Part shown: positions 26,601 through 40,000 of the stretch, one piece after another
Layout of the letters: every line of letters begins with the position of its first letter
Position numbering within the stretch: the stretch's first letter is position 1
NCBI RefSeq assembly: GCF_964204865.1
Contig: NC_135256.1
Location: forward strand, 15,996,001 to 16,060,000
Direction: 5' to 3'
From: Styela clava
Lineage: Eukaryota
Length of the DNA stretch: 64,000 bases
Made by a program: the position numbers and the translations under genes
The notes under the pieces: generated by a model
The model's input: only the letters and a program-made list of their open reading frames with translations
What the model was told of the DNA's origin: nothing
The model's database searches: none

Positions 26601-27090
26601 TTATTACTCTAGACGTCGAATGGTGCCAAAATTTTTAAAAAGCCCATGGTGACGTTCAGTTGTCTTTACTCACCGCAAGGAACAACTGATAAAATGTTGT
26701 GATTTACCCGGAAGAGTATTGTTGGCAACACAAAGGAAAGGGATGTGATTTATATGTTTTGAAATGGTATTCAGGGTTAAAATTAAATTTGTGCTATTAC
26801 CAACACTGCAGTATTGAAGGTCGGGAAGACTGGGAAATCTGATTTATATTTATAGTAAAGAAGAAGTGTGTCCAACATGTTTAATATTGATATGCTAGTT
26901 TATAACCGATATTCGAAAATAATATTTGTGTTTTATTGGACAGATGTAATGGGGCAATAGGTGGAAAAATTACATTTTTTCACTAAAGATTTTAGGTTTT
27001 TAGTGTTTTTATCAATTGCTGTTATCTGAGCCATAGGATACTATGCTTTTCAAAGAAGCAAGGAATCAACTTCATTGAGTTTTTTTAAAC

Positions 27091-30000
27091 ATGCTGACGA
27101 AGAATATTCTTACCAGTATGTACAGCCATCACCACAATCATCATTCAAGGACTGTACAAGATCCTGTCAACCATGTTGGTTTACCGCCACTTAAAAGCCA
27201 AACAGTTGGAGGGATGAACGATATTACCGCAGGTTTAGGAGGATTAAAAGTTCAGCAATTGTATGAAGAACATGGCGATGGTACTAGAGCTGCAGCTCGA
27301 CAGACCAAACATACTTATGGAAGTGCAGGCAGACGGCCTTCCTTGCCATTAGTTAAAGACACACGTGCTAAGGATGTTTACAATGAACAAGTACAATTAA
27401 GTGGTTCACCAAGTCGCAGAGCACTGGCAGCTATGTCACAACAAAGAAAAGGAATAGCTGGCTCACCTCCAGTTGAAAACGGTTCAGTTGCCAGTGGTTC
27501 AGCTAAATCTAAAACACAACAAAACTATCTCACACCTGAACAAGCAATGAAACAATACATGCACAAACTGACTTCCTATGAGCATCATGAAATTTTTAGC
27601 TACCCCCAAATTTTTTACACTGGTCCGACAGCGAAGAAAAGGCAGGGTGTTGTAGGTGGTGCTAACAATAATGGATTTGATGACGAGCAAGGCTCATACA
27701 TTCCTGTTGCTCATGACCACGTCACATATCGTTATGAGGTCTTAAAGATAATCGGCAAAGGAAGTTTTGGACAGGTAATATTTTAGTTTTGTTGCAATTG
27801 CCTTATCATTCTGCAATCTTGCTTGTCTAAATTTATGATTTACTTATTCATAACCATGTCTTATTTTCAGGAATATCGATATTCAATCCCAAGAATATCG
27901 TTATTGATTAATGGATTATGATGTTCACTTTTTTATCACATACTCGATGTACATATAGTTAATGTTACAATTTCATTGTTTTTAACATGGCAGGTCTTAA
28001 AAGCATATGACCATAAAACTCAACAACATATTGCTCTAAAAATCGTTCGAAATGAAAAACGATTTCATAGACAAGCAGCAGAAGAGATTAGAATTTTGGA
28101 GCATTTGAAAAAGCAAGATAAGGTAATATATGCATGTGTATAATAATAATATACTTTCTACACATTATGTAGTTATATTCATGGAAAATTTCCTCAAAGC
28201 TGTAATGTTATAAGCAGTGCAGCTTACCGGCATATCACGTTTCTAATTTTGTTTGGAAATTGCTGTAATAAAGATTTGTCTACCTTTTAAATATCCGGAG
28301 AACGAAGTATACTTCCTCTCATATCATATTCTACCATGCCCTTTTACCTCAAAACACCACTTATAAATATTAAATTGCATAAGATGATATGTCTCCTATT
28401 GCATTTTGTGATTGTTTCCCATAGAATAACTGTGAAAAATTTCAATAGAATATGGTGGTAAGTATCATCTTATATCAAACTTCATAGTACAATAAAATTG
28501 TATGCCATCAATCAAAGAATAAATCTGCTATATGGTTCAAGAGCAGGCTATGCTTTAGTTTGACAACTTGATGAGTACAATTTCAGATTCAATGTTTGTA
28601 AAATGCCAGTAAATTTGATACAGTATTGTTGCAGCATAAATTCTCATCAACACCCCATATATTATTCATAAGGAGAATGTCGTTAGATGGTGTTATGCAT
28701 AGCTTTTCATGTTTATGGAAAGTCTAATCTATATAAACTGATTATAATATAGAAAATTTGTGAAGCTGTCTACCCATTTAATCAATATTTTCATTACCAG
28801 CTATTGTTAACAGTAATTAAGATTATCCTGGCAATGTTACAATATATAACATTATGCTTTGTTTCTTGGTGTAATTCTGTAGAAATTTATGGTTTTTCCA
28901 TAACCAACTGACTGTATTAGAATGTTTGTTTTATGAGCAAATATTTGTTTTTGATTCTAGAAATTTCTGTTCATCTTTTATTTCAAATTTATCACAACAG
29001 GATAACAATATGAATGTCATTCACATGTTGGAGAATTTCACATTCCGAAATCATATATGTATGACGTTTGAATTGCTCAGCATAAACCTTTATGAGTTGA
29101 TAAAGAAAAATAAGTTCCAAGGCTTTTCACTTCAGGTATATACTGTAAACGTTTTTATTTTCAAGTATTTCTATATACAATGTATTTGAATATAGAAAAT
29201 AAATTGTTCCATTACTCTTAATCATAGACATACTTTTTTTGGCCTGCCATTAAATCATGCAGCGCTTTGATCAATGTATTAAACGAAATTGGATTTTTAA
29301 TTAGACAGCTAAAAATTGACCATTCAGCATTGATTTTTTTACTCTAATTTTCCATTCCAGTGGTCTGTTCATAAGAACTACTCATTCACACTTTGTCATA
29401 GCCAATTCTCACATCTTTTTTTGTTCCATTTTATCTGCTTGGTTGGCTACGTATAATGTATATTACTTGTTGAATACTAGTGTATACATTGCTTCCTAAC
29501 AACCTTTGAGTGTCATCAGACTGGAAAGAAGTAAAAACACACCCAAGACTGCTAGTCTTTATTATATATTTATATATGTATTGTGTTGTTGCTCTTCAAT
29601 CAACTTGTATATGCTATTATATGGAATAAAGAGAATAGAGTGGGTGGTTAATACTGGATCAATGTTGCTTATAATTGATAGATTCATAACAAATTATGCT
29701 CTTTTACGAAAACATGCCAAATATTACTATTATTAAATACTAATGGTGTATATCAATACCAATACTCTTTATTAACAGAGAATAATTAGAATTATTACAT
29801 GAATGCTTTCATAAAATTTTCATAGGTCAATCTTTGATTAATTACTAAGGGTTTAATATCCATGTAGATGATGGATTAGTAACAATTATGCTATGAGGAA
29901 ATTGCTTATTGTTTCGTCTCACAATTTATTGTTACATCACACTATCAAGAAGAATGTCATGATAAGAATGTCACATTTTATTTCAATGATCGATACTGTG

Positions 30001-31945
30001 AATTGATTTATTGTGGTAATTTTGCTTAAATATTTCTGGAAGTAAGCCAGTAGAAGAAAGCCACACTGCTGTTATAGGAGACACAAGCAAACACTTGCTG
30101 TCTGTAGATGTATTTTTGTGCAAGAATTTTAACATGAAGTGTATAATTTCCTCAAGATCTACTTGATTTTTTGTAAAATTCAGCTTTACTGAGTTAATAA
30201 ATAATCCGTTCTTTCACAGCTTTATTAAACTGTGTATCCTATGGTAATAAAATCCTATTATTTTTACAGCTTGTTCGTAAATTTGCTCACTCCATTCTTC
30301 AGTGCCTTGATTCTTTGTACAGAAACCGTATAATTCACTGTGATTTGAAGCCTGAAAATATTTTATTGAAGCAGCAAGGCAGGAGCGGAATAAAGGTATG
30401 TGATTTAATGAGTAACAACCTATATTCATGATCTCGTTGTTGTTTCTGAGATTATAAGACATGATTTGCCTCGTAGTATTTTTGCCAATGTCTATTGAAT
30501 ACAATTTGTATATATAATGTTTACTCTTAACAGAATATTTTTAGAATGATTGGGATCAAAATTAATTCTAGAAAATTCTAAATTCTGGAATTTCAAACTA
30601 TCCTGATTTCTGTATAATAATGTCATCAAACATAATTTGCATACCGGTATTCAATAATTAACACGTAACAGCTGGGCTTTTGAGCGGGTAATCTATTCAG
30701 TATGAATAAATCATTTGTACATAATTTATATAATGGTATTTCTCCAATACAATTTGCGCATTTTGCCATATGTAGTTAATTGGCACTCATGAATTTACCT
30801 GAATGATTGATTTACTAGTTACCATTTCATTAACTTGTGTTACATAACATGTCCTTTGTTTAGGAGTAAATTTCAAAATAATTCAGATAATCTCCAATTG
30901 CTTATGCACATTTATGTAGCATAATAGCTTACCTTGAAGTATACATAGCATTCTTATCTCTTATATTCATTGTCATGTATATGAGTATCAGTATTGCCAG
31001 AGGGTAAATTATTTGAAATAAAGCATAGCAGTACTTACATGTATATGTTATGAAAATTATTTGGTGTATGGGTTTGGTTTATAGTCCTTTTAGATGTTCT
31101 TGATTGTCATCCAGCTTGTTTTGCTAAGACTGTTGTCGAGTTAACATCCATTAAAAAATTACCAACATTTGGATAATTGTTTCTTGTATAACAGAAATGT
31201 TTTGCTTGTTATCTAAAGCCTGTTATTCTTACAGGTTATTGATTTCGGTTCGTCTTGCTATGAACATCAGAGGGTTTATACCTACATTCAGTCTCGGTTT
31301 TACCGTGCTCCTGAAGTGATTTTGGGAGCAAAGTACGGTATGCCCATTGATATGTGGAGTTTTGGGTGCATACTAGCTGAGCTTTTAACGGGGTACCCTC
31401 TGCTTCCTGGAGAAGATGAGAGCGACCAACTTGCATGCACAATTGAGTTACTTGGTATGCCCCCCTCTCGTCTGGTAGAGCAGTCAAAACGAGCAAAGAA
31501 TTTTATCAGTTCCAAAGGCCATCCACGTTACTGCCTAGTAACAGTTTCATCTGATGGCCGTACAGTTATGAATCCTGGCAGGTCTCGGCGTGGGAAGCTA
31601 CGAGGACCCCCGGGCACCAAAGAATGGACTACTGCACTTAAAGGGTGTGATGATGCCCAATTTACTGACTTCTTGAAACGGTGCTTGGAATGGGACCCTT
31701 CCCTACGCATGACACCAAGTCAGGCACTACGCCATGGATGGTTGCGAAGGAGATTGCCAAAACCCCCGACTGCAGTCCGGGGTGTGCAAAACAGCACTGC
31801 ACAAGCACTTGTGAGCAAAACTACCTCCGTCCACCACCCAGCACATCACTTGCAACACAGGCAAGGTTCATCCAACAAGCCAATTATTACAGCCAAAGAG
31901 GTTGATACATCTAACCGCACAGTTTTACCTAAGATTGTAGGATAA
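27091..31945 (+). CDS. DYRK2: Dual-specificity tyrosine-phosphorylation-regulated kinase, class 2 (DYRK2/3 orthologue); exons 27091-27774, 27994-28122, 29001-29135, 30270-30395, 31235-31945
   Basis: NAPA/DH-box region [24 protein letters not shown]...DDEQGSY, then [21 protein letters not shown], the activation loop [13 protein letters not shown] and a C-terminal RTVLPKI. Four phase-0 GT-AG introns. An in-frame stop precedes ATG 27091. Confidence 0.96.
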
Positions 31946-34713
31946 ATTTTTACATAAGTCTGTTTTATGCCGTAGTTAAAAATTTAATATCTACTTTTTA
32001 GGATCTATGTTTGTTTTATTTTTACATTTTTTAATGAAAATCTTCTACTCCAAGTATGAATAAAGTGGTTTCAACTTTGTCTTATCTATCCCCTCCTTTG
32101 CTCTTTCATCTATTTTCATTTTGAATTGAATATCTATCTTTACAGGTACTTTGCGGCTACAATCGTATTGTAGCAGATTGAGCTGCACTTTTATTTTGGA
32201 CATATTGTTTTAAATATTGGTAATTGCTCTTATTATTGTTATTAAAAATCTCTTTGTGATTGCTCTACTAGTACGCCATCTTATGCACCACCATTGTGTT
32301 ATATCTATATAGTAAGTTTTCAGCTAATTTTTTAAAACTAGCTTACTGAAATTACATTGCGGTACTGATTATGGGAAATTTGATTTATCATTCGCCATGA
32401 ACCAGACATTCATGCCACAAAGCTATTTGAGAATCCTATGTAATGAATTATTGATACTTGGTTACCTCTCAAAACAAGGTGTTGCTTTTTCTGTAAATTC
32501 GATTCACATTTTTTGGGTTATAATTTTATAAAGTATATATGAACCGTTCTAAACCGGCATATACATGAACATACTTGTTGAACATTGTCCGTATCGCGAA
32601 TATGTTATCTAACTTAGCAATTTGTACCGCTTTCATATTACTCGATGCCCGTGTTCCGTATATTATTTTTTTCTGAAGACGCACAATACAATAAATTAGA
32701 AATACACTTTACATGTTTATTGCCCATATTTGAGTGACAGAGAAAAGCGGGTTCATCTGTTCGATTTCTCTCCATCGTGGTTCTCATGAGAGTAAATAGT
32801 AATTGCGTCAGGTAAATTGAGTTGTTGCCATCGAAAGCTTGGATTTTGTTATGGGTGCGATTTCTGCGAAATATTTAGCCAATTGTGTTTCCTCCTTATT
32901 GAAGAACAAGCTCGTGATCGTTGGTTTTTCTGATCCCCGCAATTGACGCGCGCCAAATCCCCTGGGATGCAAGATCATCGGTTCGGTATGTAACATTTGC
33001 TTTACAAGATCTATCAGCTTGTTGGGTTTTGAACCTGATTAAAGCGATAACCTCGGAATTGACTTGGGCCCTTGCTGTAGTCGAATACTGCCGAACAAAT
33101 ATGATGCGATTTATGGGGAGTTGTTTAAGATATCGTTGAAATCAGGTAGAGATACCCTAACTAATACGTCATTGTCTAAATAATGACCGCAGTAGTCTCA
33201 AATGGATCTGTTCGGGGATATCTGATTATTGGACACGTAGTGGACCTATGGATCGTTTTGGTATTTTTGTTTTTGTCTTAGTTATTATCGTTCGACTGCA
33301 TTTCAGAAAAGCAATCAAATCTTTTGATTTAGTAAGTTAGGCATACTTTATCGAACGAACGCGTCAACCGCGCAATGGTTATGAAAGGTAACCATGCTGA
33401 ACTTTATCATTCATTCCCTTTTCCCAAAACGGTGTTGCGCGTTTATATATATATCTATATGCCTAGTCAAACTCATCTCAAAACTTTTATCGTGTATACT
33501 TATTTAAACAATTATGAGTATTGACAGTTGTATTGGCTGCAATTTAAGTTGTGGCTTGAAGTAAGGGGTGTGACTTTGTTAGCGCACTGCCGTGATTCGG
33601 AGATGCCATCCTTTGTTTTGTGTGATTCGATTTCTTTTATGAACAGACTAAGAAAGGAAACAAAGACAAAATCTCTATTGTTTTAGTAACGGTATTTTTG
33701 CCGGGAGATATTAAGTTTAAAGCAGTTGAAACGCTTCTAAACATCCGCGACGCTGAACGTAACAGTAACGTGGTGAGATTGTTACAAAACGTGATTTTCA
33801 TATATATATATATGTGCTATTTTTTTCAATTATTTCCATTCTTTACATACGCTTCATTTGGATCGCATCGTAATTTTTCTGTGTCACGAACTCGTCCACA
33901 TCTCATATTTCACAGTTATGACGGAAGTTTGGAATGTTTTAATATTGTACGAGTAATTTCATCACAATTTCGTCTCGAAAAAAGATTGGTAGATGATATG
34001 ATAATTCAAATCATTCCCAATGTCCGATGTTCTTCGATTCTGCTCACCGCTGTGGGGACGAGAGCCCTGAGGAACAAAGTCCGCTATAATAACTATAAGG
34101 TAAGCTAGCTGAAACCACATATTTTCGGCGGAAAATAAAATGTATATATATTTAAAAATATAGCAATGTCGAGTGAAAAAATCTCAAATTTTAGGTGTAC
34201 ACACTCGTATAAAGTTACTTCGAGCACAATACAATATATATATTCGAACTACAAGCCGTAGTTTTTGAGGGCTTATATATATATATATATATATATTTAA
34301 ATAAATTTTCCCTGTGCATATATACCAGACATGGGCAAAATACGACCCGCGGGCCAAATCCAGCCCGTTGTGTAATTCAATCTGGCCCGCCTGATTCTGC
34401 CACAACCAATCTGAAACCAAATTTTGATGTTTCAGCTAAAATTAACTAAATGAATTTGTCGAGATTGCGTTAAATTTAATTTTGGCACGAGGCTTATTGT
34501 TTTCCACTGTTGCTTTTGTAACACGAAAATTAAAGCCCCACGTCAGGTGCACATACAAAGCTATTTATTACAGTTCATAACAATCCCAAATTTTTTCTTC
34601 CCCATGTGCACTGCAGTTCAGTTTATTCATGTTGTATCCAGCTGTTTTTAGAGAATTTCATTGTGATAAAATTCTATTTAAACAGTTTAAATTAAAACAT
34701 TGCCCAGTATAGG

Positions 34714-34948
34714 CAGGGTCGTGTCCAACTTTTCTTCTGCCGGGGCGAGTTTCTGATAATGATGCCCCATATACCTAACCTCGAAAATAATTCGAGAGAT
34801 AAACAAATTATAGATGTTGGTATAAATGAGAATAAACAAGTAAGAGTGCAATGTTCGTAGTATTTTTATTTACCTCATCAAACTAAGAAATAAAAAACTA
34901 TGGAGAGCTGCCCCTATGGATCCCCCCTCCCCTTTAGACACGCCCCTG
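34714..34948. mobile_element. CAGGG-ended MITE; related copy in the opposite orientation at 38056-38296
   Basis: TIRs CAGGGTCGTGTC / GACACGCCCCTG; TSD AGTATAGG / AGTATATG. The internal CCGGGGCGAGTTTCTGATAATG is reverse-complemented at about 38248-38270. Confidence 0.75.
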
Positions 34949-37030
34949 AGTATATGTATATTACTTAATCAGCCACCAATTTTAAACAACCCTCATTAGC
35001 GATCCTTGACTTTTATTTTAAATGTTTACCATTAGCCGTTCTGTTATTAGTGAGCCGAATAGAGTCCCCTAATTGTGCATACCCGTTTGGTCATAATAAC
35101 ACCATTTTAAAATCTTATAATATATATGTAAAATGTTTTTGTCGAGAATTACGGTGATGAGTTACATTCCCACAAAAAGCTTGGGATAACAATTTTGAAC
35201 ATAAGCTGAAAAATCTTCATTGTATTAGTTTCTGTGAATTTCAGTTATTCAACCACATAACCTAGAATCGAATAATTCATATCATTCCTGTCATTCAACT
35301 AATTTTGATACTCCAATCATGAGTGCAGTTGTACTAATCACAGCTATAGGTATTCTCTCTTGGGTGCCTTAAAATGACGTGCCCGCCAACACACCTGTAT
35401 CACTTGAACCACTTGTTCCATGCTTGTTTTACTTTTCAATATATATGTCTCGCTTTCGACAAGTACGACACTTGCGTCAAATGTGGGACACATTGGACAC
35501 GATAATTTTTAGACACGGTTCCCGCTTTAAATAGAAATCGGCAATAATTTTTATCTTGTCATAGATAGATTGTAATCTAAGTTGTATTATGCTAGGCTAA
35601 TGCATACACTACGCTGGCTCATAGAAACATTGGTTGCAACTGTACTATAAATGTAAAGTCTGTCGGTGCTCATTCACACACTCGTACTTAACAAGCAACG
35701 CGCCTCGTATTCACCGCTCTGAGGTAGTGTAGGTTGGGTGGACAATTTCTGCGTATATTTGATAAAATATAAAAAATGCAAATAAAATGCCAAAAAGATT
35801 CTAATCCACTAAACTCGATGATTGCCTCGCCTATTCCACTCAATATTCCCGACCCACCAGAAGGGCCGGATGTAGACAATGTAATGCCCCTAGGCCAGGC
35901 CGCTTGTGAAGCCCCCTCTTAACAATGACATCATGGAATAAATCTAAATGATGTCATAATATGTATCGAAAAATTTGTGGGGATATTATAACGTCATAAA
36001 TTGACTTTCAAATATGCGCGGTAGTTGAAGACCAGATATGTACGCTATTCACCCAAGTCAAATGGGTAGCCAATTAATTAAATTAAAAAACTAAGGCTGT
36101 AATAAAACGTCATGTCACCAGAAAACCCCACGTAATAACGAACATTTCCAGTGCAAGGAGGTGAGGGCGTGGCCCAATTACTGATATATAATATAACATT
36201 CCATTTTTTTTTTGATAAAATAGGATTGATATAAAAATTCGAGAGAGCAAAATATGATATAAATCTTAGATTTGTTGTTGCTTATAGATAAATTAGTACA
36301 GATGTATGTCAATTTTTTTTCTTTTTTGATGGTAAAAACTGTTTTTTGTTTTTGTTTCCAAGGTCAAGGGGTAGGTTGGGGGCGTTTCAAATTTATAAAA
36401 ATTTCGACCGTATTTAATTTTTTAACCTTTTAAAACGGTTTAATATTTGGGGCAATATCAACCTGAATAAAAACTTGAACATACATCAGTTTTATCAAAT
36501 TTTAAAGCGGAACTTTTACTCATAATTTAAAAACGCGTTAGTAATGAATAATAGCCTTACGCTTCAGTCTACTTTGCCTCATGGTAACTTCCGAAACTGC
36601 CCACTAGCAAGAACGTACTGCACTTCTAACGATTTGGAAATTTGGCATCGTTTGTTTGCGATCGCAATCGCGTGTTAACGAAGATTGATAAATACTAACT
36701 TTCCGAGAAATATGAGAAAAAGAGAGGTTGCTTGATGATATGTCAACGGCTTCCCTCGGCTATTACCGAATGTAGTTTAAGGCCAATAGCATGCATATCC
36801 AGTATTTATTTTTTATTTTTGATTAAACACCAAGTGTTAGGCTACACCTTGAGTGGCTTATGTAGCAACTCCTGTCCTCGAAACCATACTTCATATTTAT
36901 TACACAGATTCAACAAATTTAATTTTACAATGACTGTTACCTAATTAAATACTGATTGTCAAGTTTATGCAAACTAGAAAAATGTTAATTGTTACAAAGA
37001 TAATAAAAAATTAAATACAAGATAAAGCTA

Positions 37031-40000
37031 TCAGCCACAATTGACATGTTTCCCTTTACTATCTGTCCAGTATCTGTAACATCCATTACATTTTGATATG
37101 CGACAATGGGCATCAGGAAATGCAGTGCACGTAAGTGGTTTTCCGTTTTGAAAACACCATTCAGGGCCGCAGTTTGGATGTTCTTGGGCATTGGGGGGGC
37201 ATGGACCTGTAATAACATACACAGTAAATAGTTACTTCGTTTCAGTTGTAAACTTAACTGATTGTACATTTTAATTGTAAACTATGTGATTCCAGACAAC
37301 ATAAATATATTGTCCTTAGAAATTAGTGTGAGTTCGATTGGAGCGAAGTAAATTTGCCTTTTTAATCTCGCTGGGATTGACTTTGGAGAATTACGCACGT
37401 AATTAAATATTACATTACAACCAGTGGTAATGTGGTTTTGAGATGGCAAAATTTTAATTAGGGGGTTCTCTCTCATATCGAACTCAGTAACTACAGGTTC
37501 TCTCATTTCAGAAACTAAATCTCGTAATATGGATGTTCATTTTTTAAAACGACTGAGTAAATTTCAGATTTTCAAAGTCAAAGACGTATTTTATAAAATT
37601 CGACTCGTCTGCACTGACGATCTCCTTTGTAAATCAACTTTTCATTTCTACCAAGTTGTATTGAATATATATAGCCTAAACTCATATATTTATCGTGAAT
37701 ACTCACACATTTGAGTTATTATTTGCTGGTTGTATTGATCGTAGAAATAACCATCACATCCGTTATTTATGGGTTGACAAACCGCTCCAACATTGTTTGG
37801 ACAGAATATTCGACCACATATAGGTTGACAGGCTCGGGGAACAGTTCGGGGACTGGCTCGGGGAGGTGGTTTAGCTAAATTCGTTAGCAGCATTAATTGT
37901 ATAAAAGATGAATCTATGCCGAATTGGCCTCTTCCTTTGACTGGGGGTGGCTCTGGTTGAGGTTGGCCTAAAATATATGAAATATACATGAATAATGGAC
38001 GATTATTGTACTGATAAAGAGGATATGCAACTATTACGTTGACTAACCTTATACTCACGGCCGGGTCGAGGGGAGGGCCCCGGGCAGCACGTTGTAGAAG
38101 GACTGTGTTGCTTAGTTTGGTAATTTAATAAATAATAATACGTACAGATCACTCTTACTTGACCTTTAATTTATTCATTCTCATGTATATAACAAAATCT
38201 ATAGCTTGTTTGTGCCCCGAATTATTTTCTGAATTAGGTATAAGGAGCATTATCAGAAACTCGCCCCGGGCAGCAGAAAAGTTTGGCTCGCCCCTGCTAG
38301 TACGTAACGTAAATTTTTTCAATTTTCCGCCTTAGAACAAGCTTCAAACTTGTGTGTCATATGTCACCCAGCGATAGATGTCCTAGACTAGAGACTGTTT
38401 GATGTTAACAAGCAGCTGGGTGAAGTATTTTCTCTCACGCTTATAATAAATGATTGATGGTCATAGTAAACTCTTACTTGGAGGATCTACGCATCTAGTC
38501 CCACATCCTGTTGAGCAACATATTTTGTCACCATCACAAAAGGAAGTGTCCGCGCAAGTTGGGTTTTGAAAACTTTCACATATATCAATTTGAGGAACAT
38601 CGCATTTATCGTCGATTCCAGGAAATCCTTTAAATTGAATTTCCATTATTTTATCCATAAGGCGTACAAAATATAAAAACACAACAGACTAAAAATGAGA
38701 ATGAAAGCAATACAGTATTACAAAACTTCATTATCGTAGTTTAGAAATTGAAAAAATTAAAATTGTTTAAATAAATGTATATGTAGATAGATCGAACTAC
38801 CATTTTAACGCATTTCAATGGCAAATTTTCTTCTTCTAAAAAATTGGTTTCCAAAATTCTAAGTGCCACAAAGTACGGACCCCTTACAAATTTGGTTGAG
38901 GGGGCTTCTGGGACTTTCATTTCGATGTTTTGTTTGTATTTTACGTATGTACAGTTCATCGACTCCCTAACATTTTTCCGTGGAGGTCAGATTGGTAAGC
39001 ACTGTTTACTCAAAACATTCTCTGCCATAGAAAAAGATTTATATATACTAATTTACTTTAAATTATTCCTTTATTGAGTTGGATATTTTATAGAAATTTC
39101 CGTCATCGGTCTCCCTTTTTTATTGGGGGTTCTTTACCCATTAAATATGAAATCGTAACAAAACAAAAAGATTGTGAAAACACATACTTACGGTTTTCAC
39201 ACTGGTCACCATAGAATCCCATAGGACAATAGCAGCTAAATCCGCGAGGGGAATTATCGTCATTGCACACTTTGTTATCATCAGTACACTTTTTTAGATC
39301 ATATGGGTTTGAGCAACCTGAAATTGGAAAACATGTTGCCGAATTATTATGGTTTTGTTGAATTCTAATAGCAGTATTACGATATTTACAATATTGAGTA
39401 TAACAACAAACATTATCTAAATTGAAGGCCAAAACGGTTGTGCGATCTACTTAGTGTTTTGGCGCATTAAATTTTTTAGTTACAGTGACGAGTAATGTCA
39501 CGTCAGCGCCGACCTAGCGCCTTTGCGACTGTAGTGGGCTGCGCGATTCTATAGGTCATACCATAATTCTATAAAAAAAATATCAATTTCACCAAACTTA
39601 ATTATAAACGAACATAATTTTACCCAAATATCAAACATATGACTTTGCTACACGCACGGCTCGCAAAGTAACTCTACCGAGGAAGAGGCCCGCGCCATCC
39701 GTTTCCATTCTATCATTCAACTCTACTGTACACAAACCTATATGTCTAATTATACTGTGACAAAATCACAAAATCGTTCAAATATTTTATAGAATACTGT
39801 GCAATTGGCGGTTATTAATAATTAAATTTTATATTACAATTCAGCTTGTGACAAATATACCGATATATATAAATTATAGTGTAAGAAGGACCTTTGCTTC
39901 GCCCCGATCCTTTTACAGGCGCCTTTTTCAAATTTTTGGTAACGGTGAAGTTGAATAGAAGATGAGTTTTTTTCAATTTACCCGGTTGGGGCCTCACGCT

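Noticed and set aside
160-31945. Functional clustering of cyclin L with a DYRK kinase, or an operon
   Set aside because: The known substrate link is to DYRK1A, not class-2 DYRKs. The genes have mixed orientation and kb-scale spacers with separate promoter-like regions.
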